NCBI GenBank assembly: GCA_024277355.1
Contig: JAJRVL010000005.1
Span: 60,001 to 92,000, forward strand
Source of the DNA: an archaeon
GTDB lineage: Archaea; Iainarchaeota; Iainarchaeia; Iainarchaeales; 1-14-0-10-31-34
Length of the DNA stretch: 32,000 nt
Reading direction: 5' to 3'
A program made the position numbers and the translations under genes. A model generated the notes under the pieces. That model saw only the letters and a program-made list of their open reading frames with translations, ran no database searches and was not told the DNA's origin. Below are positions 8,672 through 21,464 of this stretch, piece by piece. Every line of letters starts with the position of its first letter. Within the stretch, counting starts at the first letter, position 1.

Positions 8672-10865
8672 AATCAAAAAAGAATTCTGCTTTTTTTGGT
8701 TCTGGATCCATTCCTTTTCTTTTTCTGATGTCAACAATAGTGTTGTGCTGTAATTCTCTTGGAAGCATTTCATATCCTGCATATTCTGCTGTCCAGATTG
8801 CTCTTCCTTGTGTTGCGCCTCTTATTGCTGCACTAAACCCAATTAATTCTTTTACTGGAGCTTTTCCAATTATTATTGTTTGATCTCCTTCGTGTCTCAT
8901 GTCAGTTATTTGTGTTCTTCTTGCGCCTAATTCTTTGCTTACTGATCCCATGAAATCTTCTGGAACAATAATTGATAAAGTTTGTTTTGGTTCAAGCAAT
9001 ACTGCATCTGACTGCAGCATGCATGCATAAATTCCTCTGGTAATTGCAGGCAATACTTGTGCTGGTCCTCTGTGAATTGCGTCTTCGTGCAATTTTGCGT
9101 CAGTTAAAACTACTTTTACTCCCTGACATTTTTCTTTTGATAATGGTCCTTGATTTGTTGCATCATTAAATGCCTGCATAACTAATTCTCTTACTTCAAA
9201 TAATGCTTCAATTCCTTTTGTTGCATTAACAATATAACAGTTGTTGTTTACTGTCCAAATTCTTTTTGCTTCATCTCTGTCTATTCCCATGTCAATAAAT
9301 TGCTGAACTAAATGCTTGTCTTTATCTCTTATTTTTCCTTGAATTTTTGATTCATTTAATTGTTTTAATATTTCTGCAGGAATTGGCTCTACATGCATAT
9401 AAAATTTATTGTGTTTGTTTGGTGTTTTTGCTTCATGTTTTTTAGGAGATTCTTTTGTTATTGTTTCTCTATATACAACTATTGGAGCACTTACTGTGAC
9501 TGGAATTTTATGGTCTACTTCAATTCTATGCTGTGTTACTTCTAAGTGTAGTTCTCCCATTCCTGAAAGCAAATGTTCGCCTGTATCCTGATTTATTGTT
9601 GCTTTAATATTTGGGTCTTCTTTTGTTATTTGTCTTATTGTTTCAATTAATTTAGGTAAATTTTTTGCTTCTTTTGCTTCAACTGAAACAGTCATTACTG
9701 GTTCAGCATTAGACATAAATGATTCAAATTCTTTCATTTTTAAAGTTGAAATTGTTTCGCCTGCATAAACTTCTTTTAATCCTACTAATGCTGCAATATT
9801 TCCTGCTGGAATTTCGCTTACCTGGACTCTTTCTGGTCCCATAAATAATGCAACTTGTTGTACTCCGATTTCTTTTTGTGATCCAATTAATTTTACAGTT
9901 GTTCCTTTTCTTACTGTTCCTGAATAAATTCTTCCTGTTGCTACATCTCCTGCATGAGGGTCAACACTTATATCTACAACCATCATTGCTAATGGTCCGT
10001 TTGGATCGCATGCAAGCATTGCTTTTCCTTCTTCGCTTTCTATTTCTCCTGTCCAAATTTTTGGTATTCTGTATCTTTGTGCAATTAAAGGATTAGGTAA
10101 ATGTTGTATTACTAATTCAACTATTGCTTCATATAAAGAACTTTTTTCTGCAAGAGTTTTTTGGTCTTTGTTTTTACAGTAATTGTATACATCTTTAAAT
10201 GAAATTCCGGTTTTTTTCATGTGCAAAGCTGATATAGCCCAGTTATAATAAGCTGAACCAAATACTACTGAACCGTTTTCTACTTTTACTTTCCATTTTT
10301 CTTTAAATTGTTCTGGAGCATTTTTATCTATTAATCTGTTAACTTGAGTTATTGTTTTGATAAATCTTTCCTGCATTTGTTCTGGAGTTAACTGTAATTC
10401 GTTGACTAATCTGTCAACTTTATTGATAAATAAACATGGTTTTACATTTTCTTTTAATGCCTGTCTTACAACTGTTTCTGTTTGAGGCATTACTCCTTCA
10501 ACTGAATCCACAACTAATATTACGCCGTCTACTGCTCTCATTGCTCTTATTACTTCTCCTCCAAAATCAATGTGTCCTGGAGTGTCAATTATATTAATTA
10601 AGTGGTCTTTGTCTTGATATTTTTGAACTATTGAAACATTAGCTGAATTAATTGTTATTCCTCTTTCTTGTTCTAATTCATAGTAATCCATGAATTGTTG
10701 TTTGCCTGCTAATTCAGTTGAAATTATGCCGGATGCAGCAATTAAATTGTCGGTCATTGTGGTTTTTCCATGGTCAATATGGGCAACAACACCAATGTTT
10801 CTGATGTGTTCTCTTGAATTCATGAATTTTTCTGCATTTCTTGCTACGTCTTCTCTTTTACTCAT
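8670..10865 (-). CDS. fusA: Translation elongation factor EF-2
   Basis: The 731-aa ORF has AHIDHGKTT, DTPGH and NKVD GTPase motifs. It also has the diphthamide-site context LHEDAIHRGPAQ. The length is canonical, so there is no intein. Confidence 0.95.
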   Translation of the reverse strand: MSKREDVARNAEKFMNSREHIRNIGVVAHIDHGKTTMTDNLIAASGIISTELAGKQQFMDYYELEQERGITINSANVSIVQKYQDKDHLINIIDTPGHIDFGGEVIRAMRAVDGVILVVDSVEGVMPQTETVVRQALKENVKPCLFINKVDRLVNELQLTPEQMQERFIKTITQVNRLIDKNAPEQFKEKWKVKVENGSVVFGSAYYNWAISALHMKKTGISFKDVYNYCKNKDQKTLAEKSSLYEAIVELVIQHLPNPLIAQRYRIPKIWTGEIESEEGKAMLACDPNGPLAMMVVDISVDPHAGDVATGRIYSGTVRKGTTVKLIGSQKEIGVQQVALFMGPERVQVSEIPAGNIAALVGLKEVYAGETISTLKMKEFESFMSNAEPVMTVSVEAKEAKNLPKLIETIRQITKEDPNIKATINQDTGEHLLSGMGELHLEVTQHRIEVDHKIPVTVSAPIVVYRETITKESPKKHEAKTPNKHNKFYMHVEPIPAEILKQLNESKIQGKIRDKDKHLVQQFIDMGIDRDEAKRIWTVNNNCYIVNATKGIEALFEVRELVMQAFNDATNQGPLSKEKCQGVKVVLTDAKLHEDAIHRGPAQVLPAITRGIYACMLQSDAVLLEPKQTLSIIVPEDFMGSVSKELGARRTQITDMRHEGDQTIIIGKAPVKELIGFSAAIRGATQGRAIWTAEYAGYEMLPRELQHNTIVDIRKRKGMDPEPKKAEFFFD

Positions 10866-10880
10866 TAGTATCCCTCTTAA

Positions 10881-11486
10881 TTATCTTGAGCTGATTGCAA
10901 TTCTTTCTACTTCGTTTTTTCTTTTAACTGAAAAAGAATTTGTATCGTTTTTTGAAGCTAAAATTAGTTCTTTTGCTAAAGTCTGGGCTGCATCAACTTT
11001 TTTGTTAAATGAAGATGCAAACGCAGCTAAAGCTAAATTCTTTAATGCTTCATCTATTCTTTTTAATGGAGATAAATCCACTGAAATTGTATAAGCTATT
11101 CCGCCTTTTTTTATTCTTGTAATGTCTTCTCTTGGAGCAGAATTTTCTATTGCTTTAACTAATACCTGCAAAGGATTTTGTTTTGTTTCGTTTTCTATAA
11201 TTAAAAATGCGTCTTCAATTATGTTCATTGCCTGTAATTTTTTTCCACAACTTTTTCTTCCTCTAATATATTTTCCTGATAATTTTCTTTTTCCTTGTCC
11301 TGAACGCATTACTTTGTTTATTAGTCTTTCAACTATGTTCAGGCTTCCTTTTGCAAATCTTTTTCTTGTTTTTTTTCCAAAAGTGTGTGGAATGATTTTA
11401 TCTTCAAAGTTAATGTATTTAACTAAGCTGATGTCATCTATTTTTACTGGTTCTGAATCCCATTTATCAAATAATAGTGTTTTCAT
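10881..11486 (-). CDS. rps7: 30S ribosomal protein uS7
   Basis: The 201-aa ORF contains ...IVERLINKVMRSG...NPLQVLVKAIENSAPREDITRIKKGGIAY...KRKNEVERIA. It sits in the conserved rps12-rps7-fusA position. Confidence 0.93.
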   Translation of the reverse strand: MKTLLFDKWDSEPVKIDDISLVKYINFEDKIIPHTFGKKTRKRFAKGSLNIVERLINKVMRSGQGKRKLSGKYIRGRKSCGKKLQAMNIIEDAFLIIENETKQNPLQVLVKAIENSAPREDITRIKKGGIAYTISVDLSPLKRIDEALKNLALAAFASSFNKKVDAAQTLAKELILASKNDTNSFSVKRKNEVERIAISSR

Positions 11487-11491
11487 TTTAA

Positions 11492-11923
11492 TTACCTTTT
11501 AACTTTTTCTTTTCTTCCTGATCTTAGCATTTCTAATGATTGATTGTTTACTTTTATTACTTTAAATTTTACTCCCCAAAGGTCTCCTTTTGCTCCTTTT
11601 TTTCTTCCTCCGCCGCCTTCAATTAAGACTTCGTCGTGTTCATCAATAAATTTAATTGCCCCGTCAAATGGAGCTAAAGCAGTTAATTGTTTTCCATTTT
11701 TAATTAACTGTACTCTTACACATTTTCTTATTCCTGAGTTTGGCTGTCTTGCTGTTACTCCTCTTTTTTCTAATACAATTCCTCTGGCTTGTGGAGAACC
11801 TTCCATTATGTCTTTTAGTTTTTTCTTTTTTCTTCTTGCCCTTATTTTTTCTTTTGGGTTTTTCTTTTTCCATTTTTTTCTTTTTTTTTCAAGACTTTTT
11901 GCACTGAATTCTCCTCTTGCCAT
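11492..11923 (-). CDS. rps12: 30S ribosomal protein uS12
   Basis: The 143-aa ORF contains ...[61 protein letters not shown]..., the archaeal uS12 core. Confidence 0.95.
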   Translation of the reverse strand: MARGEFSAKSLEKKRKKWKKKNPKEKIRARRKKKKLKDIMEGSPQARGIVLEKRGVTARQPNSGIRKCVRVQLIKNGKQLTALAPFDGAIKFIDEHDEVLIEGGGGRKKGAKGDLWGVKFKVIKVNNQSLEMLRSGRKEKVKR

Positions 11924-11927
11924 TGTT

Positions 11928-12341
11928 TCACCTTATTTTAATGTTTTCAATATTATAATTTCTTTTTAGTATTTCTTTTATTTTTCTTATTTTGTTTCCT
12001 TGGCTTAAAATTTTTCTTTTATTTTCTGCGTCAACAGACAATAAAAGAATTTTTTTTCCTTCTTCTTTGTTTTCTTTTATTTCTTTTATTTTTATTTCTT
12101 TTAGTGAATTTTTCACTAAATTTTCTGGGTTTTGTGTATAACCATAAATTTCAATGTTTTTGTTTAATTTTTTTCTTAATTTATTTATTGTTTCTCCTTT
12201 TTTTCCTATTGCAGTTCCGACATATTTTTCGTTTACAACAAAAATTATATTTTTGTTGCTTATTATACAGTCTCTTGCGGTAACGCCTGAGAAATTCTGT
12301 AATGCATTAATTAATAAAATTTCTTTGTTTGAAATTTTCAT
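11928..12341 (-). CDS. nusA: Archaeal NusA homologue (two KH domains)
   Basis: The 137-aa ORF has the KH GXXG motif ([13 protein letters not shown]). It sits in the conserved rpl30e-nusA-rps12 position and overlaps rpl30e by 4 nt. Confidence 0.85.
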   Translation of the reverse strand: MKISNKEILLINALQNFSGVTARDCIISNKNIIFVVNEKYVGTAIGKKGETINKLRKKLNKNIEIYGYTQNPENLVKNSLKEIKIKEIKENKEEGKKILLLSVDAENKRKILSQGNKIRKIKEILKRNYNIENIKIR

Positions 12342-12691
12342 TTCTTTTTCACTGTCTTTTTTGGTTTTCTGGTTTTTTTTGCTGTTTTTTCTTCTGGTTT
12401 GTTTATTTCAAGTATTTTTGATTTTCCTTTGTTTAATACTGTTAAAACTGAAACCGGAAAAGGTTTTCCGCAAACAGAACCCAATTCAACTGAAGTTCCT
12501 TTGAATTCATAAAAAGGAATTTCGCTTAATTTTGAATAATGTTCCAGTTTTTCTTTAACAAGTTTTTTTGTATTGGAACTAATAATAATTAATTCTCCGT
12601 TTCCCTTTAAAATGTTTTTCTCTGTCTGATTTTCGCCAAAATCGACTTTTCCTGTGTCAACTGTCCTTCTGATTTCAATGTTTATATTCAT
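12338..12691 (-). CDS. rpl30e: 50S ribosomal protein eL30 with a Lys-rich C-terminal tail
   Basis: IRRTVDTGKVDFGENQT...LIIISSN...YSKLSEIPFYEFKGTSVELGSVCGKPFPVSVL is the eL30 core. It is followed by the tail [20 protein letters not shown]. Confidence 0.9.
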   Translation of the reverse strand: MNINIEIRRTVDTGKVDFGENQTEKNILKGNGELIIISSNTKKLVKEKLEHYSKLSEIPFYEFKGTSVELGSVCGKPFPVSVLTVLNKGKSKILEINKPEEKTAKKTRKPKKTVKKK

Positions 12692-12696
12692 TGTTA

Positions 12697-16556
<3,860 letters not shown>

Positions 16557-16560
16557 TTAT

Positions 16561-18375
16561 TTACACCTTGTCCTTAATCATTATTTTTGGCATTATTCCT
16601 AAAGATTTTAATTCATCTAATAATAATTTGAATCCATAACTCATTTCAACTGGATAAACTGCACTTGAATTGCATATTGGACAGTATTTTCTGTTTCTAA
16701 TTTGATCGTTAATTGCAACTATTCCGCATTTTTCGCAGATAATTTCAATTAATTTATCTGAGTCTTCAATTAATTTTTCCTGTAATAACATTGCAGCTCC
16801 GTGTCCTACTAATGTTTCTCCTTCCATTTCTCCAAATCTTAATCCTCCTTCTTTTTCTTTTCCTTCTGTTGGCTGTCTTGTTAAGATTTGGACTGGTCCT
16901 CTGCTTCTTGACTGCATTTTATGTGCAACCATGTGGAATAATCTTCTGTAAGCAACAATTCCATTAAATATTTGGCCTTCTAATTTTTTTCCGCTTAAAC
17001 CATCATAAAATGTTTCTTTTCCATCAGCTCTAAAGCCTGCTTCTTCAAGCATTTTTCCTATTTCTTGTCTTGAAACTGAACTAAAAGGAGTTCCATCAAT
17101 TTCTTTTCCTTTTAGTGATGCTGCTTTTCCGCCTAACATTTCAATTAAATGTCCTATGGTCATTCTTGAAGGAATTGAATGGGGATTTAAAATTAAATCT
17201 GGTTTTATTCCTTCTTCTGTAAAAGGCATGTCTTCTTCTGGAATAATTGAACCAATAACTCCTTTTTGTCCGTGTTTTGATGAAAACTTGTCTCCTACTT
17301 CAGGAATCATTAAGCTTCTGATTTTTATTTTAACTAATTTGTTTCCTTCTAAATCTTCTGCAATAAAAACTTTATCTACAAAACCTGGTTTTCCTTTTCT
17401 TACGGTCATTGAACTTTCTCTTCTTTTTTCTTGTACTACTCCAAATTCTGATACTTCTTCTAAAAATCTTGGAGGAGAAGTTCTTCCAACTATTACATCT
17501 TTTTCTGACACAAATTCTTCTAATTCAACTAATCCGTCTTCGCCTAATTTTTTATAGAATTCTTCTCCTAAAAATCCAATTGTTTCTTCTTTTGGGATTT
17601 CAAATTTGTCTATTTGACCGCCTGGATATCTTGTTTCTGCAGTTTCATAAGTTCTAAAATAAGCACTTCTTCCAATTCCTCTGTCTACTGCTCCCTGATT
17701 TAATATTACGGCATCTAAAGTATTAAATCCATAATAAGGCATTATTGCTACAACGAGATTTTGTAATTGAGGTCTTTTATCTAATTCCATTAAATCGCTG
17801 GTTTTTGTTTTAACTATTGCTTTTTGAGGATAATGTAATAAGTGGCCTTCAGTATCAGTTCTTAAATTATAATTTATTCCTGGAATTCCTAATGCTTGTT
17901 TAAACATTTTTGCTCCATGCAATGATTTTCCAGCCATGTTGTGTTCTAAATAAGGAATTAATGAACTTACAACAGATAAAATTCCTGCTGAATCAATTTC
18001 CATATGAGTGTGTTTTTTTGTTATTTCTTCTTCGCTTGTTGCAATTAAAGTGTTTTCTTCTTCTTCTGCATCTAAGTATTCAATTATTCCTTCTTTTAGT
18101 AATACATTCCAATTAGTTTTTCCTTCTTTTAATGCTTTAATATGTTCTTCTTTTATTTTTAGTTTTCCGTTTTCTATTATTAACACAGGTCTTTGAACTC
18201 TTCCTGCATCTGAATTAATATAAACTTCTCTTGTGTCTTCGTGGAATGCAATATTAACCTGAGGATGGATTTTTCCTTTTCTTCTTTGCTGAATTAATTC
18301 TTTAGTTAATTGTTCTGGTTCTTTATGAAAACCAATCAATCTTCCGTTAATATATACTTTTACTGCTGAAACCAT
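16561..18375 (-). CDS. rpoB1: DNA-directed RNA polymerase subunit B' (C-terminal half of a split RpoB)
   Basis: The 604-aa ORF contains GDKFSSKHGQKGV, ILNPHSIPSRMTIG, GEMEGETL and a C-terminal Zn motif (CEKCG...CPIC). Confidence 0.95.
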   Translation of the reverse strand: MVSAVKVYINGRLIGFHKEPEQLTKELIQQRRKGKIHPQVNIAFHEDTREVYINSDAGRVQRPVLIIENGKLKIKEEHIKALKEGKTNWNVLLKEGIIEYLDAEEEENTLIATSEEEITKKHTHMEIDSAGILSVVSSLIPYLEHNMAGKSLHGAKMFKQALGIPGINYNLRTDTEGHLLHYPQKAIVKTKTSDLMELDKRPQLQNLVVAIMPYYGFNTLDAVILNQGAVDRGIGRSAYFRTYETAETRYPGGQIDKFEIPKEETIGFLGEEFYKKLGEDGLVELEEFVSEKDVIVGRTSPPRFLEEVSEFGVVQEKRRESSMTVRKGKPGFVDKVFIAEDLEGNKLVKIKIRSLMIPEVGDKFSSKHGQKGVIGSIIPEEDMPFTEEGIKPDLILNPHSIPSRMTIGHLIEMLGGKAASLKGKEIDGTPFSSVSRQEIGKMLEEAGFRADGKETFYDGLSGKKLEGQIFNGIVAYRRLFHMVAHKMQSRSRGPVQILTRQPTEGKEKEGGLRFGEMEGETLVGHGAAMLLQEKLIEDSDKLIEIICEKCGIVAINDQIRNRKYCPICNSSAVYPVEMSYGFKLLLDELKSLGIMPKIMIKDKV

Positions 18376-18379
18376 TTTA

Positions 18380-19846
18380 TCACAATTTTTTCAGTTTTAC
18401 GCCCATTTCATCCAGCATTTTTTCTACTGGTTCTTCAGGGGTGTCAACTGTAACCTCTGCTAATATACTTAAATTTTTAACTAAACCGCATTGAGGTCCG
18501 TCTGGAGTTTCAATTGGGTCTAATCTTCCCCAATGAGTTCCATGAACATCTCTTGCTTCATATAATTCTCTGTTTTTATCTAATGGGCTTTTGACTTTTC
18601 TTAAGTCAGTTAATGGAGCTAAATAATTAACTCTTTCCATGAATTTTGAAACACCTGTTGCTCTGCCAATCCAGTTTCCTGTTGACATTGCAAACCTGAT
18701 TCTTTCGCTTATTGCTCCAGGTCTTACAACAGTTGAAATATTTAATTTTCTTCTTCTTGTTACTGTTCTGTCAATCTGGAATTTTAAGTCTTTAATAAAA
18801 TATTTAAATGAATATCTAAACAAGTGTTCCATTAATTTTCCGCTTAATTCTAATCTTTTGTTTTTGTAATGGTCTTTGTCGTCTTCTTTTCTTATCCCAT
18901 AACTTAATTCAATTGATTTTGTTGCCATCATAGCTAAATAATATGCTTTAGCTAATCTGTCTTCTGCTCTTTGACCAATATGCGGAAGCAAAAAAGCATC
19001 AATTACTTCTTTTGCTCTTCTTAATCTGTATTCGATTACTTGTCCTGGTGCTACATATTTTCCTATTTTATCTAATGCATCATTTTCTTTTTTGATGTCA
19101 TCTAATTCTAAATTTAATAAAATGTCATTTGTTATTTCTTTTTCATTAGGGAAAGCGCCAATAATATCTTTGTCGTTTACTAATCCAAGTGCTTTAAGTA
19201 ATACAAATAATCTTAATTTTCTTGGAGAAGAAGGAAAAGTTACATATAATACTCCATCAATACTTCTTGTAATTCTTACTCTTCCTTTAAATGCGCCTTT
19301 GGTTGAAATTACTTCTGCAATCCATTTATCTAATTGAGTTGAAACTAAAACTCTGTCTGAAGACAATACTTCTTGTGTCATTAATGCTTTTTCTGAACCA
19401 TTGATAATAAAGTAAGCTCCAAAGTCCATTGGGTCTTCTCCTGATTCAGTTAATTCTTCTTCATTTAATCCTTCAAGCCAGCATCTGTTTGATTTAAGCA
19501 TTACTGGAAGTTCTCCAATATACGCTCTTTTTTCGTCTTGTTCTACATCTCTTCTAAGTAATTTCATTGTTAAAAATAAGGGTCCTGAATAAGTTCTGTT
19601 TCTTGTTCTTGCTTCCATTGGAAAAAAATTAGCTCTAGGACTTCCATCTGCTTCAATTATTTTTGGTTTTAATACTTCAATGTTTTCTAATTCAATTTTT
19701 ACTTCTTCAATTTTAGGAACAATAGTTTTGTTTTCTTCTACTATTTCGTCTAATTTAACATCAACAAACTGATTAAATGAATCAATTTCCTGTTGGGCAA
19801 TGTTTTTTGTATTAAAATAAGATTTAATTAAAGGCCAGCCATTCAT
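18380..19846 (-). CDS. rpoB2: DNA-directed RNA polymerase subunit B'' (N-terminal half of a split RpoB)
   Basis: The 488-aa ORF contains ...FIINGSEKALMTQE... and ...HGTHWGRLDPIETPDGPQCGLVKNL.... It lies directly upstream of B' with a 4-nt gap. Confidence 0.95.
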   Translation of the reverse strand: MNGWPLIKSYFNTKNIAQQEIDSFNQFVDVKLDEIVEENKTIVPKIEEVKIELENIEVLKPKIIEADGSPRANFFPMEARTRNRTYSGPLFLTMKLLRRDVEQDEKRAYIGELPVMLKSNRCWLEGLNEEELTESGEDPMDFGAYFIINGSEKALMTQEVLSSDRVLVSTQLDKWIAEVISTKGAFKGRVRITRSIDGVLYVTFPSSPRKLRLFVLLKALGLVNDKDIIGAFPNEKEITNDILLNLELDDIKKENDALDKIGKYVAPGQVIEYRLRRAKEVIDAFLLPHIGQRAEDRLAKAYYLAMMATKSIELSYGIRKEDDKDHYKNKRLELSGKLMEHLFRYSFKYFIKDLKFQIDRTVTRRRKLNISTVVRPGAISERIRFAMSTGNWIGRATGVSKFMERVNYLAPLTDLRKVKSPLDKNRELYEARDVHGTHWGRLDPIETPDGPQCGLVKNLSILAEVTVDTPEEPVEKMLDEMGVKLKKL

Positions 19847-20061
19847 TTAACCACCATTCTGTAATAAATAGTTTTTCCTGCAGTAGGAGTCTCTCTTGTA
19901 ATTCTGATTAAGTTTCCTTTTTCTGCACCTAATTCTTCAATTACAGGATCAGACAAAAGAATTTGAGGAAATTTTTCTTTTTTTCCACCGAATTTTTTTA
20001 TTATTTCTTCTGTTTCTTCTTCTTGAACAATTTCATGAATTGGAACAATTAAATGATTCAT
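19843..20061 (-). CDS. rpoH: DNA-directed RNA polymerase subunit H (Rpo5)
   Basis: MNHLIVPIHEIV...LPQILLSDPV...G...IRITR.S.TAG....YR.VV is the RpoH pattern. It overlaps rpoB'' by 4 nt. I preferred the ATG at 20059-20061 over the TTG at 20085 used by the track. Confidence 0.85.
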   Translation of the reverse strand: MNHLIVPIHEIVQEEETEEIIKKFGGKKEKFPQILLSDPVIEELGAEKGNLIRITRETPTAGKTIYYRMVVK

Positions 20062-20133
20062 TATAGAACTTAACTTTTTTATCAAGAGACCATCTCCGAG
20101 AGAAAAATTTTTTTTTGAGAGAATATAAAATAA

Positions 20134-20169
20134 ATTTAAATCATGAATTGAATACTTAATGATTTAAAT
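20134..20169. promoter_or_regulatory. 11-bp inverted repeat (ATTTAAATCAT / ATGATTTAAAT, 14-nt spacer) in the rpoH-rbkR divergent intergenic region; two palindromic TATA-like boxes or an operator
   Basis: The arms are at 20134-20144 and 20159-20169. The second arm sits in a perfect 12-bp palindrome, TGATTTAAATCA (20160-20171). A separate TATA-like GCTATTTAAGC at about 20259-20269 lies 37-47 nt upstream of the rbkR ATG. Confidence 0.35.
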
Positions 20170-20305
20170 CAAAAGCCATGAAAATGACTAAGTAATGTAA
20201 GTCTAACAAATTAGCTTCAGAAAAGAATTTAAAGCATTATGTTTACTTTGTTTTTTTGCTATTTAAGCTATTATTTTTTTAATCTGATTTTCCTTTTATT
20301 CTATT

Positions 20306-20962
20306 ATGAATACTTTTCCTGAAAAAGATTTTTATCTTTTGCTTATTATTGCAAAAAAATCGGAATTAAATAATTCAATTAAAGCTTCAACTTCAGAACT
20401 TGCATTAGACTTGAATATTTCTCAACAGTCTGTTTCAAGAAAACTTTCTTTTTTGGCTGAAAAAGAATTAATTGAAAGAAAAGTTTTAGCTTCAGGAAAT
20501 ATTATTTCTTTAACTGAAAAAGGAAAAAATTTTTTACTTAAAAGAAAGAATGAATTAGACAAAATTTTTTCTTCAAAAAAAAACAATAAGCTTTCAGGCA
20601 AAGTAAAATCAGGATTAGGAGAAGGAAAATATTACATTAATCTTCCAGGATATCAAAATCAATTCAAAAAAAAATTAGGAAACAGGGTTTTTCCCGGAAC
20701 ATTAAATATTAAAATAAATGAATTTGAATTAAATGATTTTCTTTCAGAGAAAAAAAAGATTTCAATTAAAGGTTTTTCTGATAAACAAAGAAGTTTTGGT
20801 CCGGCTTTTGTTTTCAAAGTAAAATTAAACGGCAGAATTGATGCTGCTGTAATAATTCCTGAAAGAACTAATCATCCTGAAAATATTCTTGAATTAATTT
20901 CTTCTTTTAATTTAAGGAAAAAATTAAAATTAAAAGACAATGCTTTAGTTTTTGTTTCTTAG
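20306..20962 (+). CDS. rbkR: RbkR-like fusion: N-terminal winged-HTH DNA-binding domain plus C-terminal archaeal CTP-dependent riboflavin kinase
   Basis: The C-terminal half, GKVKSGLGEGKYYINLPGYQNQFKKKLGNRVFPGTLNIKI...IIPERTNHPENILELIS, closely parallels the Methanocaldococcus MJ0056-type riboflavin kinase (GxVxSGLGEGxYF...PYxGTLNLKL...T.H...IEII). The N-terminal roughly 90 aa, STSELALDLNISQQSVSRKLSFLAEKELIERK, is a typical wHTH. Confidence 0.8.
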   Translation: MNTFPEKDFYLLLIIAKKSELNNSIKASTSELALDLNISQQSVSRKLSFLAEKELIERKVLASGNIISLTEKGKNFLLKRKNELDKIFSSKKNNKLSGKVKSGLGEGKYYINLPGYQNQFKKKLGNRVFPGTLNIKINEFELNDFLSEKKKISIKGFSDKQRSFGPAFVFKVKLNGRIDAAVIIPERTNHPENILELISSFNLRKKLKLKDNALVFVS

Positions 20963-21453
20963 TTTTTTTTGAATGACTTTTTCATTTTGTTCAAAAAAGA
21001 TTCTTTTTTCTTTTTTTCATTTTTTCTTCCTGTAAACTGAATTCTTCCTAATTCTTTTTCTGTTTCTTCAACTAATTTATTTACTTTTTCTGTTAATTTA
21101 TCTTTTTTTAGTTCTGCATCTTCATCTGTTTTAAGCAATCCAATCATTTTTTCAATTGCTTTTTCTTGTTTTGTTTTGAATTCGTTTTTTTCTTGTTTTT
21201 GATCAAACTTTTTTGAAAAAGTTTGTTGGCCAATTGCTTTTTCTTGTTTTGTTTTGAATTCGTTTTTTTCTTGTTTTATTTCAGGTTCTTTATTTTCTGT
21301 TTTTTGCTCCTGTATTTCTTTGTCTTGTTTAACTTTTAATTTGTTTTCTTGTTCTGTTTTTTCTGTTTTTGTTTCTTCTTTTTGAGTTTTCTTTCCTTTA
21401 ATTAAATCTATCATTTCATTTATTTCTTCTTCTTGTTTTTTTTCTTCACTCAT
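20959..21453 (-). CDS. Hypothetical highly charged Lys/Glu/Gln-rich protein with an internal 26-aa duplication
   Basis: This 164-aa ATG-started ORF lies 11 nt downstream of the lipoprotein-like gene. It looks like a low-complexity coiled coil (EKNEFKTKQEKAI occurs twice). Its stop codon overlaps the convergent rbkR stop. Confidence 0.55.
   Translation of the reverse strand: MSEEKKQEEEINEMIDLIKGKKTQKEETKTEKTEQENKLKVKQDKEIQEQKTENKEPEIKQEKNEFKTKQEKAIGQQTFSKKFDQKQEKNEFKTKQEKAIEKMIGLLKTDEDAELKKDKLTEKVNKLVEETEKELGRIQFTGRKNEKKKKESFLNKMKKSFKKN
21153..21277 (-). repeat. Perfect 47-bp direct repeat (2 copies, 78-bp period) inside the K/E-rich gene
   Basis: The sequence caattgctttttcttgttttgttttgaattcgtttttttcttgtttt occurs identically at 21153-21199 and 21231-21277. 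It encodes KQEKNEFKTKQEKAI in both copies. Confidence 0.9.
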
Positions 21454-21464
21454 TTTTTTCCCTT

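Noticed and set aside
7722-8672. Possible mobile element or homing endonuclease explaining the insertion between fusA and tuf
   Set aside because: I found no LAGLIDADG, GIY-YIG, HNH, transposase or integrase motifs, no terminal inverted repeats and no target-site duplication around the gene.
10690-11969. Plus-strand ORFs of 134, 126 and 141 aa antisense to fusA, rps7 and rps12
   Set aside because: They are shadow ORFs opposite conserved genes, with hydrophobic, low-complexity translations.
20062-20085. TTG-initiated 8-codon extension of rpoH
   Set aside because: The ATG at 20059-20061 gives the canonical RpoH N-terminus (MNHLIVPIHEIV) and a typical length of about 72 aa. The TTG start is merely the first permissive codon of the ORF.
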